Of a stretch of 25,285 nt of DNA, positions 16,846 to 25,285 are shown one piece after another; within the stretch, counting starts at the first letter, position 1, and each line of letters begins with the position of its first letter. The notes beneath the pieces are model-generated. The model saw nothing but the letters and a program-made list of their open reading frames with translations, did no database searches and was not told the DNA's origin. The DNA lies in the NCBI GenBank assembly GCA_027314665.1, contig DAHVAK010000194.1, forward strand, positions 1-25,285, read 5' to 3'. The position numbers were made by a program, and so were the translations under genes. The DNA comes from Spirochaetales bacterium (GTDB lineage: Bacteria; Spirochaetota; Spirochaetia; DAHUYW01).

Positions 16846-18054
16846 ATGGAAGACCTCATCACAAAATCGGGTAACAAGCTCGTCGTTCCGGACCAACCCG
16901 TCATTCCCTACATCGAGGGCGACGGCACCGGCCCCGACATTTGGGCGGCGGCGGTGCGGGTGTTCGACGCCGCGGTGCAGAAGGCCTACGGGGGAAAGCG
17001 GCAGATCGTGTGGAAGGAGGCCCTCGCCGGCGAGAAGGCGTTCAACAAGACCGGGGAGTGGCTCCCGAACGAGAGCCTCGAGATGTTCAGGCGCTATCTT
17101 GTCGGAATCAAGGGTCCGCTCACGACCCCCGTTGGAGGCGGAATCCGAAGCCTCAACGTGACCCTTCGCCAGAAGCTCGACCTTTTCGTCTGTCAGCGCC
17201 CGGTGCGTCACTATCCGGGGATACCCTCGCCCGTGCGCGAGCCCTCGCTCGTCGACATGATCATCTTCCGCGAGAACACGGAGGACGTCTATGCCGGCTT
17301 CGAGACGAAGGAGGGCGAGGCGAAGACCGCAAAGCTGATCAAGTTCCTGAAGGACGAGATGGGCTGGGAGGTCCGTCCCGACTCGGGCATCGGAATCAAG
17401 CCGATCAGCCGGACCGGCACCGAGCGGCTGGTGCGGGCGGCAATCCAGTACGCGCGCAACCACGGGCGCAAGAGCGTCACCTTCGTGCACAAGGGCAACA
17501 TCATGAAGTTCACCGAGGGCGCTTTTCGCGAGTGGGGCTACGAGCTCGCCAAGAGGGAGTTCGGCGACATCACGGTGACCTACGACGAGCTTGCCGGAGG
17601 CAAGGTCCCTTCAGGCAAGATCCTCGTCAAGGACGTCATCGCCGACGCCTTCCTCCAGCAGATCCTCACCCGCCCGGCCGAGTACGACGTCATCGCTACC
17701 ATGAACTTGAACGGCGACTACATCTCCGACGCCCTTGCCGCGCAGGTCGGCGGGATCGGGATCGCCCCTGGCGCCAACATCAACTACGAGAACGGGATCG
17801 CCATCTTCGAGGCGACGCACGGGACCGCGCCGAAATACGCCGGGCTCGACAAGGTAAACCCCGGATCGCTCATCCTTTCGGGGCGGATGATGTTCGAGTA
17901 CCTCGGTTGGGATGAGGCGGCGCAGCTCATCGACAAGGGAATGAACGCCGCGATCGCCCGCAAGCAGGTCACCTACGACTTTGCGCGCCTGATGGAAGGC
18001 TCCCACGAGGTCAAGACGAGCGAGTACGCCTCGCGGATGATCGAGGGCATGTAG
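16846..18054 (+). CDS. icd: NADP-dependent isocitrate dehydrogenase
   Basis: The N-terminus ...[23 protein letters not shown]... aligns with E. coli Icd (...[14 protein letters not shown]...). Other matching segments are ...[23 protein letters not shown]..., ...[12 protein letters not shown]... and a C-terminal ...[15 protein letters not shown]. The length is 402 aa. Confidence 0.9.
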   Translation: MEDLITKSGNKLVVPDQPVIPYIEGDGTGPDIWAAAVRVFDAAVQKAYGGKRQIVWKEALAGEKAFNKTGEWLPNESLEMFRRYLVGIKGPLTTPVGGGIRSLNVTLRQKLDLFVCQRPVRHYPGIPSPVREPSLVDMIIFRENTEDVYAGFETKEGEAKTAKLIKFLKDEMGWEVRPDSGIGIKPISRTGTERLVRAAIQYARNHGRKSVTFVHKGNIMKFTEGAFREWGYELAKREFGDITVTYDELAGGKVPSGKILVKDVIADAFLQQILTRPAEYDVIATMNLNGDYISDALAAQVGGIGIAPGANINYENGIAIFEATHGTAPKYAGLDKVNPGSLILSGRMMFEYLGWDEAAQLIDKGMNAAIARKQVTYDFARLMEGSHEVKTSEYASRMIEGM

Positions 18055-18067
18055 TACGAACGCAGAG

Positions 18068-18607
18068 ATGAATCGAGGGAAGCGGCGGTTTCCAAACGCG
18101 CTCCTGGTCACGGGGGTCCTCCTCTTCGTGGTCGGCGGCTGCCTCCTCCTGCTCACCTCGGGGCTGCTCCCCGGGCTCAGCGCCCTGTGGCCCCTGCTGT
18201 TCATTGTCGCCGGTCTCTTTCTGCTCTATCTTGGCTTCGTTCGACGTATCACCGAGTTTTACGTCTTCCCGGGGATGTTCATGGTCCTCGGGGGACTCTA
18301 CTTCGTGCTTGGGGAGGGCTTCCTCGCCTGGCGAGAGCTCTTGAAGATCTGGCCGGTCTTCATGGCGATCACCGGCGCCTCGATCATCCCCTACGGCCTG
18401 CTCAAGCGGGGCAGCGCCCGACTTGCGCTCGTGATCCCCGGGATCGCGATCCTGCTCCTTGCCCTCATCTTTCTGCCGTTCAGCCTCGGGGTAACCTCTC
18501 TCCCCTTCGCGCAGGTGGCCGTGCTGTGGTGGCCGCTGCTCCTCGTCGTGCTCGGGATAGTCTTCCTTGCCAGCCATTTCCTGCGGCGAAGAAAGGAGAA
18601 GACGTAG
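18068..18607 (+). CDS. Small integral membrane protein (about 5 TM), function unknown
   Basis: 179 aa that are almost entirely hydrophobic helices, with an RRRKEKT C-terminus. It starts 13 nt after icd and ends 6 nt before the TPR gene. Confidence 0.5.
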   Translation: MNRGKRRFPNALLVTGVLLFVVGGCLLLLTSGLLPGLSALWPLLFIVAGLFLLYLGFVRRITEFYVFPGMFMVLGGLYFVLGEGFLAWRELLKIWPVFMAITGASIIPYGLLKRGSARLALVIPGIAILLLALIFLPFSLGVTSLPFAQVAVLWWPLLLVVLGIVFLASHFLRRRKEKT

Positions 18608-18613
18608 CTCTCC

Positions 18614-20269
18614 ATGAAAGGCCTTCGCATCCCCGTCCTCCTCCTGTTCGGGTTGGCTCTTGCTGCCTGCGCGACCGCTCCGCGCGAGGCCCCCGCCGCT
18701 TCGACGCCGCCCGCCGCGCGAAGAGGCGAAATGATCATCGAGCAGGCGATCCGCGACATCGGCCTCGCTTCGCCGGCCTCGCTTCGCCGGGCGGAGGCCT
18801 CTTTGAGCCAGGCTACCGCGGGCTATTCGGACCGGGGGCTCGAGCTCACCTACGTCGCCTACAAGATGATCCAGCTCCTCTATCCGCTCTACCTCAAGCC
18901 TGAGTACACCATCCTTCCGCCGGTCGCGAGCGCCTACCCCCCAATCTTCCGGGCGATCGAGGCGGGCCGGTGGGCTCCCGTTCCCCAGAGCGATGCCTCC
19001 TTCATCACCCTCATCCTCCCGCCGCTTGCGGTGCTCTTCACGCGGGACAAGGGGGTTGTCGAGCAGGCCCAGGAAGCCCTCGATCACGCCGCCGGCCTGA
19101 ACCCCGCCTCGGTCCTCCCGCCCTACCTTGAGGGCTACCTGGCCGAGCGCAGCGGAAACGACCCGGAGGCGCTCGCGAGCTACGATCGGGCTCTCGCCCT
19201 CGCGCCCTCCTGCTACCCCGCCGCGGTCGGCAAGGCGCGCATCCTCCTGCAGGAAAGGGAGCTTGCCCAGGCGGAGGCGATCCTTTCGCCGCTCCACGCG
19301 ACCCTCCCGCCGGACGGGGAGATCGCGCGACTCTACGCGCGGGTCCTGCTCGCGGAGGGCCGGCTCCCTGAGGCCGAGAGCGCCATCGCTCAGGCGTTTC
19401 GCGTCGACCCGAAGAGCCTCGAGACCCTCGTGCTTGCGGCGGAGATATCCGACCGCGAGGGCAACTACGGAAAGGCCCTCGACCAGCTCGCCGCCGCCGA
19501 GAGGCTCGGAGCGCCCGACCCGACGCTCATTCTCCTGAAGGCGAGGCTTCTCCGCGAGCAAGGCAGCACGCTTCCGGCTCTCGACGTGCTGCAGAAGGGG
19601 GTGAAGCTCTTTCCCGGCAACCAGCAGATCGGGGACCAGTACGGCAAGGCCCTGATCGAGGCCGGACGCACGACCGAGGGAAGCCGCTACATCGTGCAGA
19701 CCCTGAAGGACAACCCCGACAGCGTCGACAGCCTCGAGCTTCTCATCGACGACGCCATCAAGAACAGGGACTGGGGCAAGGCCTCTCAGTACCTCGGCAA
19801 GCTCCTTCCCCTGTCCGGCTCCGATCTTGCCCTTGAGCAGGCCTACGAGGTCGCGGTGCACCTTGGCGATTCGAAGGGCGCCCTCACCTACGCGCGGGAG
19901 CTCCACGGTCGACACCCCGACGATCCCCACTTTCTCCTTCCCTACGTCCAGGCCCTCGTGGCGGCGGGCAGGAAGGGCGAGGCGCTTGCCGCCGTGGATG
20001 GGGGACTGAAGACGATCGAGGCTGCGAAGGCTCGAAGCGATCTCTACTACCTGCGCAGCACCCTGGAAAGCGACCCGCAGGTGCGACTCGCCGACCTGCA
20101 GCGCTCGCTTCTGGAGAACCTCGGCAACCTCTACTCCCTCCTCGCGATCTCCCGCCTCTATCGCCAGCTGGGCGACGGCGACTCCGCCTCGCGCTACCTC
20201 CGTCAGGCCGCCTCCATCGCCCCCGACGACCCCCTGGTCAAAGCCGCCCTCGCGGCACAGGGCGGATGA
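18614..20269 (+). CDS. Tetratricopeptide-repeat (TPR) lipoprotein
   Basis: MKGLRIPVLLLFGLALAACATA has lipobox LAAC. The body has repeated A/L/Y-rich 34-aa-like units, e.g. ...ALASYDRALALAPSCYPAAVGKARILLQERELAQAEA... and ...GKALDQLAAAERLGAPDPTLILLKARLL.... The antisense 639-aa ORF (18011-19930) has an R/G/E/D-rich artefact composition. Confidence 0.7.
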   Translation: MKGLRIPVLLLFGLALAACATAPREAPAASTPPAARRGEMIIEQAIRDIGLASPASLRRAEASLSQATAGYSDRGLELTYVAYKMIQLLYPLYLKPEYTILPPVASAYPPIFRAIEAGRWAPVPQSDASFITLILPPLAVLFTRDKGVVEQAQEALDHAAGLNPASVLPPYLEGYLAERSGNDPEALASYDRALALAPSCYPAAVGKARILLQERELAQAEAILSPLHATLPPDGEIARLYARVLLAEGRLPEAESAIAQAFRVDPKSLETLVLAAEISDREGNYGKALDQLAAAERLGAPDPTLILLKARLLREQGSTLPALDVLQKGVKLFPGNQQIGDQYGKALIEAGRTTEGSRYIVQTLKDNPDSVDSLELLIDDAIKNRDWGKASQYLGKLLPLSGSDLALEQAYEVAVHLGDSKGALTYARELHGRHPDDPHFLLPYVQALVAAGRKGEALAAVDGGLKTIEAAKARSDLYYLRSTLESDPQVRLADLQRSLLENLGNLYSLLAISRLYRQLGDGDSASRYLRQAASIAPDDPLVKAALAAQGG

Positions 20270-20273
20270 CGCG

Positions 20274-20327
20274 CTCCCTCTCCCGCTGCACGGGCGGGAG
20301 GGGGAGCAGCGGGCTCATTTTCCCCAC
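20274..20327 (+). terminator. Candidate intrinsic terminator after TPR gene
   Basis: A GC-rich imperfect stem CTCCCTCTCCCGC-TGCAC-GGGCGGGAGGGGGAG is followed 13 nt later by a short hairpin GAGC-AGCGG-GCTC and then ATTTTCCCC. The U-tract is short, so this is weak. Confidence 0.35.
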
Positions 20328-20345
20328 ATGCGTGCAAGAAACCGC

Positions 20346-20396
20346 TTGACATATTGTAGTAGTACAACTACAATTGTGTTAATATAATAGTACAAG
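20346..20396 (+). promoter_or_regulatory. Strong sigma70-like promoter (TTGACA-17-TACAAT) overlapped by a 20-bp palindromic operator; second TAGTACAA half-site and TATAAT downstream
   Basis: TTGACA at 20346-20351, an exact 17-nt spacer and TACAAT at 20369-20374. The inverted repeat TTGTAGTAGT|ACAACTACAA at 20354-20373 (9/10 arms) covers the spacer and -10. TAGTACAA recurs at 20360-20367 and 20388-20395, and TATAAT lies at 20383-20388. This is the only AT-rich island in the window, immediately upstream of the GntR gene. Confidence 0.55.
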
Positions 20397-20432
20397 TGGG
20401 GAAAGTTCCCTTCCCAAGCAGGGAGATTCAGG

Positions 20433-20870
20433 ATGGACAGAGAGTCGGCGGATGCCGTGAGTCGGATGCCTCGATCGCTCCGAGAGCTCGGGATCGGCTT
20501 CCGACTCGATGCCCAGAGCGGAGTCCCGCTCTACCGGCAGATCGTTCAGACCGTCGAGCGCAGTCTCTCCGCCGGAAGGCTCAAGGCCGGCGACAAGCTG
20601 CCGACGATCCGCGCCCTTGCCATCGCATTGAAGATCAATCCGAACACCATCGCCAAGGCATATACGGAGCTTGAGCTGCGGGGCCTCGTGAAGACCCAGG
20701 TCGGAAGCGGGACCTACATCAGCGACATCCGCCTCGAGGAAGACGCGGAGTCCGAGCGCACGCGACGCTGGATCGAGGGGCTCTGCCTCGAGCTGCTCAA
20801 GGAGGCGCAGGCTGTCGGGATCGGGAAGGACGAGCTCATCTCCGTGCTGAAGGAGCTCAGGGTGTCGTAG
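20433..20870 (+). CDS. GntR-family transcriptional regulator, short YtrA-like type
   Basis: GGGAG lies 7 nt before the ATG. The winged-HTH GntR signature is ...GDKLPTIRALAIALKINPNTIAKAYTELELRGLVKTQVGSGTYI. The short (~70 aa) C-terminal region fits the YtrA subfamily. Confidence 0.75.
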   Translation: MDRESADAVSRMPRSLRELGIGFRLDAQSGVPLYRQIVQTVERSLSAGRLKAGDKLPTIRALAIALKINPNTIAKAYTELELRGLVKTQVGSGTYISDIRLEEDAESERTRRWIEGLCLELLKEAQAVGIGKDELISVLKELRVS

Positions 20871-20889
20871 GGGAAAGGAGGGTAGCGCC

Positions 20890-21990
20890 GTGGCAACGCT
20901 GGAAAAGAAATGGAGTGAGCTCGTCGGGAACCTCCGGGAGCGGACCCCGGAAAGGCAGTTCACCTGGAACACCCTGAATCTGGTTTGGTTCGTCCTCTTT
21001 CTTGCCGCCGGCATCCTTCTGACAGCCTCCCGAAGCTCGCCCGCGAGCCTCAGCATGGAGACCGTCCTCGTCCTCCTCTCCCCGCTCCTTGTCCCCTTGG
21101 TTACCCTCGTCGCCGCGAGATGGGAGGTGGCCCTCATCATGGTGGCCGTCACCTCCGTCGCAGCGTGGTCCCGTCTTTCCTCCTCCGCGTGGCTCTATCT
21201 GCTTCCCTACTGGATCGGCGCCGCTTCGGCTCTCAGCTTTCAGGTCGTGAGGGAGTGGGATCGGGCGATCGTGCTGCGGATGGGCAGGTTCGCGGGGGTA
21301 AGGGGCCCCGGACCGTTCTTCGTTCTTCCCTTCCTCGACGCCATCGTGCGGCGGGTCGACTTGCGCATCCGGGTAACCGACTTCGCAGCCGAGACCACCC
21401 CCACCCTGGACTCCGTTCCGGTGACGGTCGACGCCCTCTGCTTCTGGCTGGTCTGGGATGCGGAGAAGGCGGTGCTCGAGGTGACGGACTACGTGCAGGC
21501 GGTCGTCCTGAGCTCCCAGACTGCCCTCCGGGCTGCGGTCTCGTGCAACGACCTCACGACCCTTCTCGCCAACGGGGAGAAGATCAAGGAGGACGTGCGC
21601 AAGGAGGTCGATCGCAAGACCACGGAGTGGGGGATCACGATTCAGGCCATCGAGATCACGGAGATCCACATCCCCGATGAGCTCCAGGAGGCCATGAGCC
21701 ACATCGCGCAGGCCGAGCGGGAGAAGCGGGCGCACATCCTGTTGAGCGAGGCGGAGCGGGAGGTTGCGCTCCGGAACGAGGAGGCCTCGCAGATCTACCG
21801 CCGCGATCCGGTTGCCCTCACCCTCAAGCGGTTGAGCGTACTTCATGAGGGGTTCCAGCACGGCAACTCCATGGTCGTGGTCCCCTCTCGGCTGCCTGAT
21901 GAGCTGAGCGAGGACGACCTCTTCGGGCTCAAGGCCTTGAGCGAGCTTCGCGGGGGCGCAAAGTCGAATCGGAGCGAGCAGGGAGGGTAG
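20890..21990 (+). CDS. SPFH/band-7 (stomatin/prohibitin-like) domain protein with extended multi-TM N-terminus
   Basis: GTG start with AGGAGGG 10 nt upstream. About 110 aa of hydrophobic helices are followed by ...VVREWDRAIVLRMGRFAGVRGPGPFFVLPFLDAIVRRVDLRIRVTDF...TLDSVPVTVDALCFW..., characteristic of the band-7/SPFH fold. A coiled-coil-like region follows (...AQAEREKRAHILLSEAEREVALRNEEA...). Confidence 0.7.
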   Translation: MATLEKKWSELVGNLRERTPERQFTWNTLNLVWFVLFLAAGILLTASRSSPASLSMETVLVLLSPLLVPLVTLVAARWEVALIMVAVTSVAAWSRLSSSAWLYLLPYWIGAASALSFQVVREWDRAIVLRMGRFAGVRGPGPFFVLPFLDAIVRRVDLRIRVTDFAAETTPTLDSVPVTVDALCFWLVWDAEKAVLEVTDYVQAVVLSSQTALRAAVSCNDLTTLLANGEKIKEDVRKEVDRKTTEWGITIQAIEITEIHIPDELQEAMSHIAQAEREKRAHILLSEAEREVALRNEEASQIYRRDPVALTLKRLSVLHEGFQHGNSMVVVPSRLPDELSEDDLFGLKALSELRGGAKSNRSEQGG

Positions 21991-21995
21991 GCGAC

Positions 21996-22676
21996 ATGAC
22001 CATCGAGGTCAAATCCCTTTACAAAGACTACGGAGTAAACGGGATCACGGTGAAGGCCCTCCAGGGAATCGAGATCGGGTTCGAGGAGGGAGAGTTCGCG
22101 GCGATCGCGGGACCCTCCGGAAGCGGGAAGTCCACCCTCCTGCACCTGATCGGCTGCCTCGATACCGCGACCAGCGGAGAGATCCTCATCGACGGCGAGA
22201 ACGTCTCGCAGATGAGCTACACGGCCCTGTCGCACTTGCGACGCGAGAAGATCGGCTTCGTCTTCCAGGCCTACAACCTCATCCCGGTGCTCACCGCGCT
22301 GGAGAACGTCTCCTTCCCGCTCACCCTTCTTGGAGAGAGCGCGCGAGAGGCGAGGCAGAAGGCGCTTGGTGCGCTGCACGCGGTGAGCCTCGACGGACTT
22401 CAAGACCGAAGACCCAAGGAGCTCTCGGGAGGGCAGCAGCAGCGGGTGGCGATCGCGCGGGCGCTCGTGAAGAGGCCGCGCATCATCCTCGCGGATGAGC
22501 CGACCGCGAACCTCGACTCCCGAACCGGAAGCGAGATCCTCTCGCTCATGCTCTGCCTCAATGAAGAGGCGAAGACCACCTTCCTCTTTTCGACCCACGA
22601 CCGGATGGTCATGGACTTCGCGCGCAGGCTCATTCAGCTTCGCGACGGCAGGATCGTCGAGGAGCAGCGGCGATGA
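21996..22676 (+). CDS. ABC transporter ATP-binding protein, MacB/LolD/FtsE-type
   Basis: Walker A GPSGSGKST, Q-loop, signature LSGGQQQRVAIARAL, Walker B ILADEPT and H-loop STHD. It is 226 aa. The stop overlaps the next start (ATGA). Confidence 0.85.
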   Translation: MTIEVKSLYKDYGVNGITVKALQGIEIGFEEGEFAAIAGPSGSGKSTLLHLIGCLDTATSGEILIDGENVSQMSYTALSHLRREKIGFVFQAYNLIPVLTALENVSFPLTLLGESAREARQKALGALHAVSLDGLQDRRPKELSGGQQQRVAIARALVKRPRIILADEPTANLDSRTGSEILSLMLCLNEEAKTTFLFSTHDRMVMDFARRLIQLRDGRIVEEQRR

Positions 22677-24001
22677 GCACGACCTCGAGGAGGGAGCCGG
22701 TCTCGCAGCTCGCGCGGATCGCCCTTCGCAACCTGGGTCGGCACAAGGTGAAGACCGTCATCACGACGGCGGCGGTCGCCCTCGGCGTGCTCGCCTTCCT
22801 GTTCATGGACGGCTTCCTGCTCGGGGCCAACACCGAGTCGCGCCGGAACATCGTCAACTTCGAGACGGGGGCTGCGAGGATCTACTCCCGCGCCTACTGG
22901 GACAAGCGGGAAGAGCTCCCACTCCACGAGGGATTCGGAGGCTTCGCGCCGCTCGTCGAGCGGCTGCGCAGCCTCGGCTACGAGGCGGCCCCCCGCGCGA
23001 CCTTCGTGGGCACCCTCTTGAGTCGGGAGGAGGAGCTGCCCTTCATCTTCATGGGGATCGATCCGGAGGCCGAGCGCCGGATGCTCCGCTACCACGCCTA
23101 CGTCGAGCGGGCCGACGGTGGGCATTTCCCGCGCGACGGTGTCTTCGAGGTGCTCCTGGGGGTCAGGGGTGCCAAGGACCTGGGAGCGCGGACGGGGGAC
23201 ACCGTGCGCCTCTCCACGGTCATCGACAAGCGCGACGAGGCGGGGGCGCTCCGCCACATCAACCAGGTGATCGACCTCGTGGTGGCCGGGCTCGTGAACA
23301 GCCCCGACCCAATCGTGAACGGCTACACCGCCTATCTGCCCCTGAGCATCCTCCAGGACGAGACCGGGATGCTTCTGGAAGGGCAGGTGACGGAGATCGC
23401 GATCCGCAAGGCCGGCGCACGGGAGGATGAGCTTCCCGGAAGGGCGGAATCCTCGGAGACCCTCGCTCGCCTGCTCGCCGGTTTTCTGCCGGAGTCGCTG
23501 CTCGTGGTCGGTTGGAAGGAGATCGCGACCGACTACATAGCCGCCTCCGCGTCCGACAACGTCTCCTCGGTCGTGTTTCTCGGCTTTTTCTTCGTGATCG
23601 TGCTCATGGTGATCGCCAACACCGTGCTGATGGCGGTCCTGGAGCGCACGAGGGAGATCGGGATGCTGCGCGCCCTCGGCATGACGGACGGCGCGCTCGT
23701 GAAGCTCTTCTCCATCGAGACCGGTCTGATCGGGCTGATCGGGGCCACTATCGGGCTCGTGCTCTTTCTTCCCCTCAACTCCTGGATGGTGAGCCACGGG
23801 ATCGACTACTCCCCCTGGATGGAAGAGGCGGGAATGGAGAACCTCGGCTACCGGGTGGCGGGGATCTACAAGTCCGCATGGAACTTCACCTCAATGGGCC
23901 TGAGTGTCGTCGTCGCAACGCTCCTCTCCTCGGTGACCGCGCTCGTTCCGACCCTCCGCGCGGTCCGGATGACCATCACCGACGCCCTTCGCTCGGAGTG
24001 A
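22673..24001 (+). CDS. ABC transporter permease, FtsX/MacB/LolC-E family (N-terminal TM, large periplasmic domain, C-terminal 3-TM FtsX domain)
   Basis: The family-typical N-terminus is ...IALRNLGRHKVKTVITTAAVALGVLAFLFM, followed by a ~230-aa soluble region. The C-terminal part ...VIANTVLMAVLERTREIGMLRALGMTDGALVKLF... is the conserved FtsX-domain motif. Confidence 0.8.
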   Translation: MSTTSRREPVSQLARIALRNLGRHKVKTVITTAAVALGVLAFLFMDGFLLGANTESRRNIVNFETGAARIYSRAYWDKREELPLHEGFGGFAPLVERLRSLGYEAAPRATFVGTLLSREEELPFIFMGIDPEAERRMLRYHAYVERADGGHFPRDGVFEVLLGVRGAKDLGARTGDTVRLSTVIDKRDEAGALRHINQVIDLVVAGLVNSPDPIVNGYTAYLPLSILQDETGMLLEGQVTEIAIRKAGAREDELPGRAESSETLARLLAGFLPESLLVVGWKEIATDYIAASASDNVSSVVFLGFFFVIVLMVIANTVLMAVLERTREIGMLRALGMTDGALVKLFSIETGLIGLIGATIGLVLFLPLNSWMVSHGIDYSPWMEEAGMENLGYRVAGIYKSAWNFTSMGLSVVVATLLSSVTALVPTLRAVRMTITDALRSE

Positions 24002-24016
24002 AGCAGGGAGGCATCC

Positions 24017-25285
24017 ATGGAAAGCAAGGCAAGCATCGGAGGCTTCCGAGAGCTCGCCACGATCGCCTATCGGAACATCTACCGCAACCGGAGGCGCTCG
24101 GCATTCTGCGTCTCCGCCGTCGCGATCTCGGTGTTCTTCATCGTCGCCATGGCTGCGGTCATGGAGGGGATGATGGACAACTTCCGCAAAAAGGTAATCA
24201 CCTACGAGACCGGGCACATCCTCATCACCTCGAGGGAGTACGAGCGCAAGAGCGCCTTTCTCCCCGTGCAGTATCCCGTGGAGCCGGAAGACCGGGATCT
24301 CGGGGCTCTCGTGCGGAGGATGGAGGCCGTGCCCGGGGTCACCGCGGTCTTCCCGCGGATCCGGACCCAGGCGAGCCTCCTCAACAGCGTGGTGAAGAGC
24401 GCCCTGCTCTGGGGCATCGACATGGAGCGGGAGCTTCCACACAATCTCTTCAACTACAAGACCAAGAACGCCCACCGCTGCCTGGTGGAGGGGCGCTATC
24501 CTGAGGAGGGCGCAAACGAGTGCGCGATCGGCTTCCGACTTGCCCGCAGGATGGGGGTGGGCATCGGAGACAAGGTGCAACTTCGGATCGTCTCGAGCGA
24601 GCTGTCCAACAAGTACTACTTCCCCATCATTACCGGGATCTTCGACTTCAATGTCGCGGAGGTAGACAAGAGCGCCGTCATCATCCCCTTCGCGCGAGCG
24701 CAACGCCTGACCTCGCTTCAGGGAAGAACGCAGACCCTCCATCTGTTCGTAGGCTCCGAGCGCGAGGTGAGCACGGCCCTTCGCGCGGTACAGGAGCAGC
24801 TGCAGGGCCGGGAGGACCTTTCCATCAAGCCCTATACCCGCAATGCCTTTCTCACCCTCATGAAGGCGTCGGAGATCATGATGACCATCGTCTACGTCGT
24901 CTTCTTGGTCGTCGCCTCGTTTCTCATCATGAACACCGTGATCATGGTGATACACGAGCGGATCAGGGAGATCGGGATGATGGCTGCGCTCGGAATGACG
25001 CGCGCCGAGATCGTGCTGGTCTTTTTCCTGGAATCCCTGACCTTGAGCGGGCTGGGATCGCTGCTCGGGTGTCTGGTGAGCGGGGCGGCGACCCTTGTGC
25101 TTTCGCAGGTTCCGATCGACCTGGGGTCCATGATGGAGGAAATGATCCCGGCAAACAATACCGTCTTCGTGTGCTTCTCGCCCTCGATCGTCGGCTCTGG
25201 ATTTCTCTACGGTCTCGGCGTGTCAGGGCTTTGTACCCTACTGCCTTCGCTGAAGGCCGCCTCCGTCAAGCCGGTCGAGGCGCTG
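24017..25285 (+). CDS. Second FtsX/MacB/LolC-E family ABC permease (partial, runs off 3' end)
   Basis: AGGGAGG lies 6 nt before the ATG at 24017. The N-terminus ...IAYRNIYRNRRRSAFCVSAVAISVFFIV is followed by a periplasmic region, then ...IMNTVIMVIHERIREIGMMAALGMTRAEIVLVF... (FtsX motif). There is no stop within the window. Confidence 0.75.
   Translation, partial: MESKASIGGFRELATIAYRNIYRNRRRSAFCVSAVAISVFFIVAMAAVMEGMMDNFRKKVITYETGHILITSREYERKSAFLPVQYPVEPEDRDLGALVRRMEAVPGVTAVFPRIRTQASLLNSVVKSALLWGIDMERELPHNLFNYKTKNAHRCLVEGRYPEEGANECAIGFRLARRMGVGIGDKVQLRIVSSELSNKYYFPIITGIFDFNVAEVDKSAVIIPFARAQRLTSLQGRTQTLHLFVGSEREVSTALRAVQEQLQGREDLSIKPYTRNAFLTLMKASEIMMTIVYVVFLVVASFLIMNTVIMVIHERIREIGMMAALGMTRAEIVLVFFLESLTLSGLGSLLGCLVSGAATLVLSQVPIDLGSMMEEMIPANNTVFVCFSPSIVGSGFLYGLGVSGLCTLLPSLKAASVKPVEAL

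Noticed and set aside
16513-17490. N-terminal extension of the lipoprotein ORF up to 17490 (682 aa) overlapping icd
   Set aside because: The extension is antisense to a clearly real icd gene. A good lipoprotein signal follows the internal ATG at 16512, and the upstream part has an artefact composition.
18011-19930. 639-aa ORF on the minus strand antisense to the TPR lipoprotein gene
   Set aside because: The composition is dominated by R/G/E/D/P runs typical of out-of-frame translation in high-GC DNA. The sense-strand product has a lipobox and coherent TPR-like repeats.
20857-24955. Long minus-strand ORFs (20857-21861, 22634-23797, 23891-24955) antisense to the SPFH/ABC operon
   Set aside because: The sense-strand genes have strong family motifs (band-7, Walker/signature, FtsX). 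The antisense ORFs are D/E/R/G/H-rich artefacts.
1-25285. CRISPR arrays, tRNA/rRNA genes, transposases, integrases and phage genes
   Set aside because: No regularly spaced direct repeats, no tRNA-like T-arm/anticodon structures in intergenic regions, and no ORF with transposase, integrase or phage-structural motifs were seen. The window looks like core chromosome.

Overview
This is a high-GC (about 67-68%) bacterial chromosomal window that is densely coding, with short intergenic gaps and frequent 4-bp start/stop overlaps. I read 21 protein-coding genes (listed in the feature table); the opposite-strand ORFs in the six-frame track are high-GC artefacts. I found no tRNA, rRNA, CRISPR array, transposase or integrase.

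The most unusual content is the translationally coupled trio FMN-binding protein, ApbE and RnfD/NqrB-like membrane domain fused to an FNR-like reductase (2178-4917). This looks like a compact NAD(P)H-driven, flavinylation-dependent transmembrane electron-transfer module. The ApbE has no signal peptide.

The second is a GntR-headed cluster carrying an SPFH protein and a MacB/Lol-type ABC transporter (20346-25285). Its sigma70 promoter is overlaid by a 20-bp palindromic operator.

Several non-coding palindromes are also reported, notably twin AAACG-N-CGTTT sites upstream of icd.

All product calls rest on motifs I can read in the translations. None is search-verified, and coordinates of starts are best guesses.
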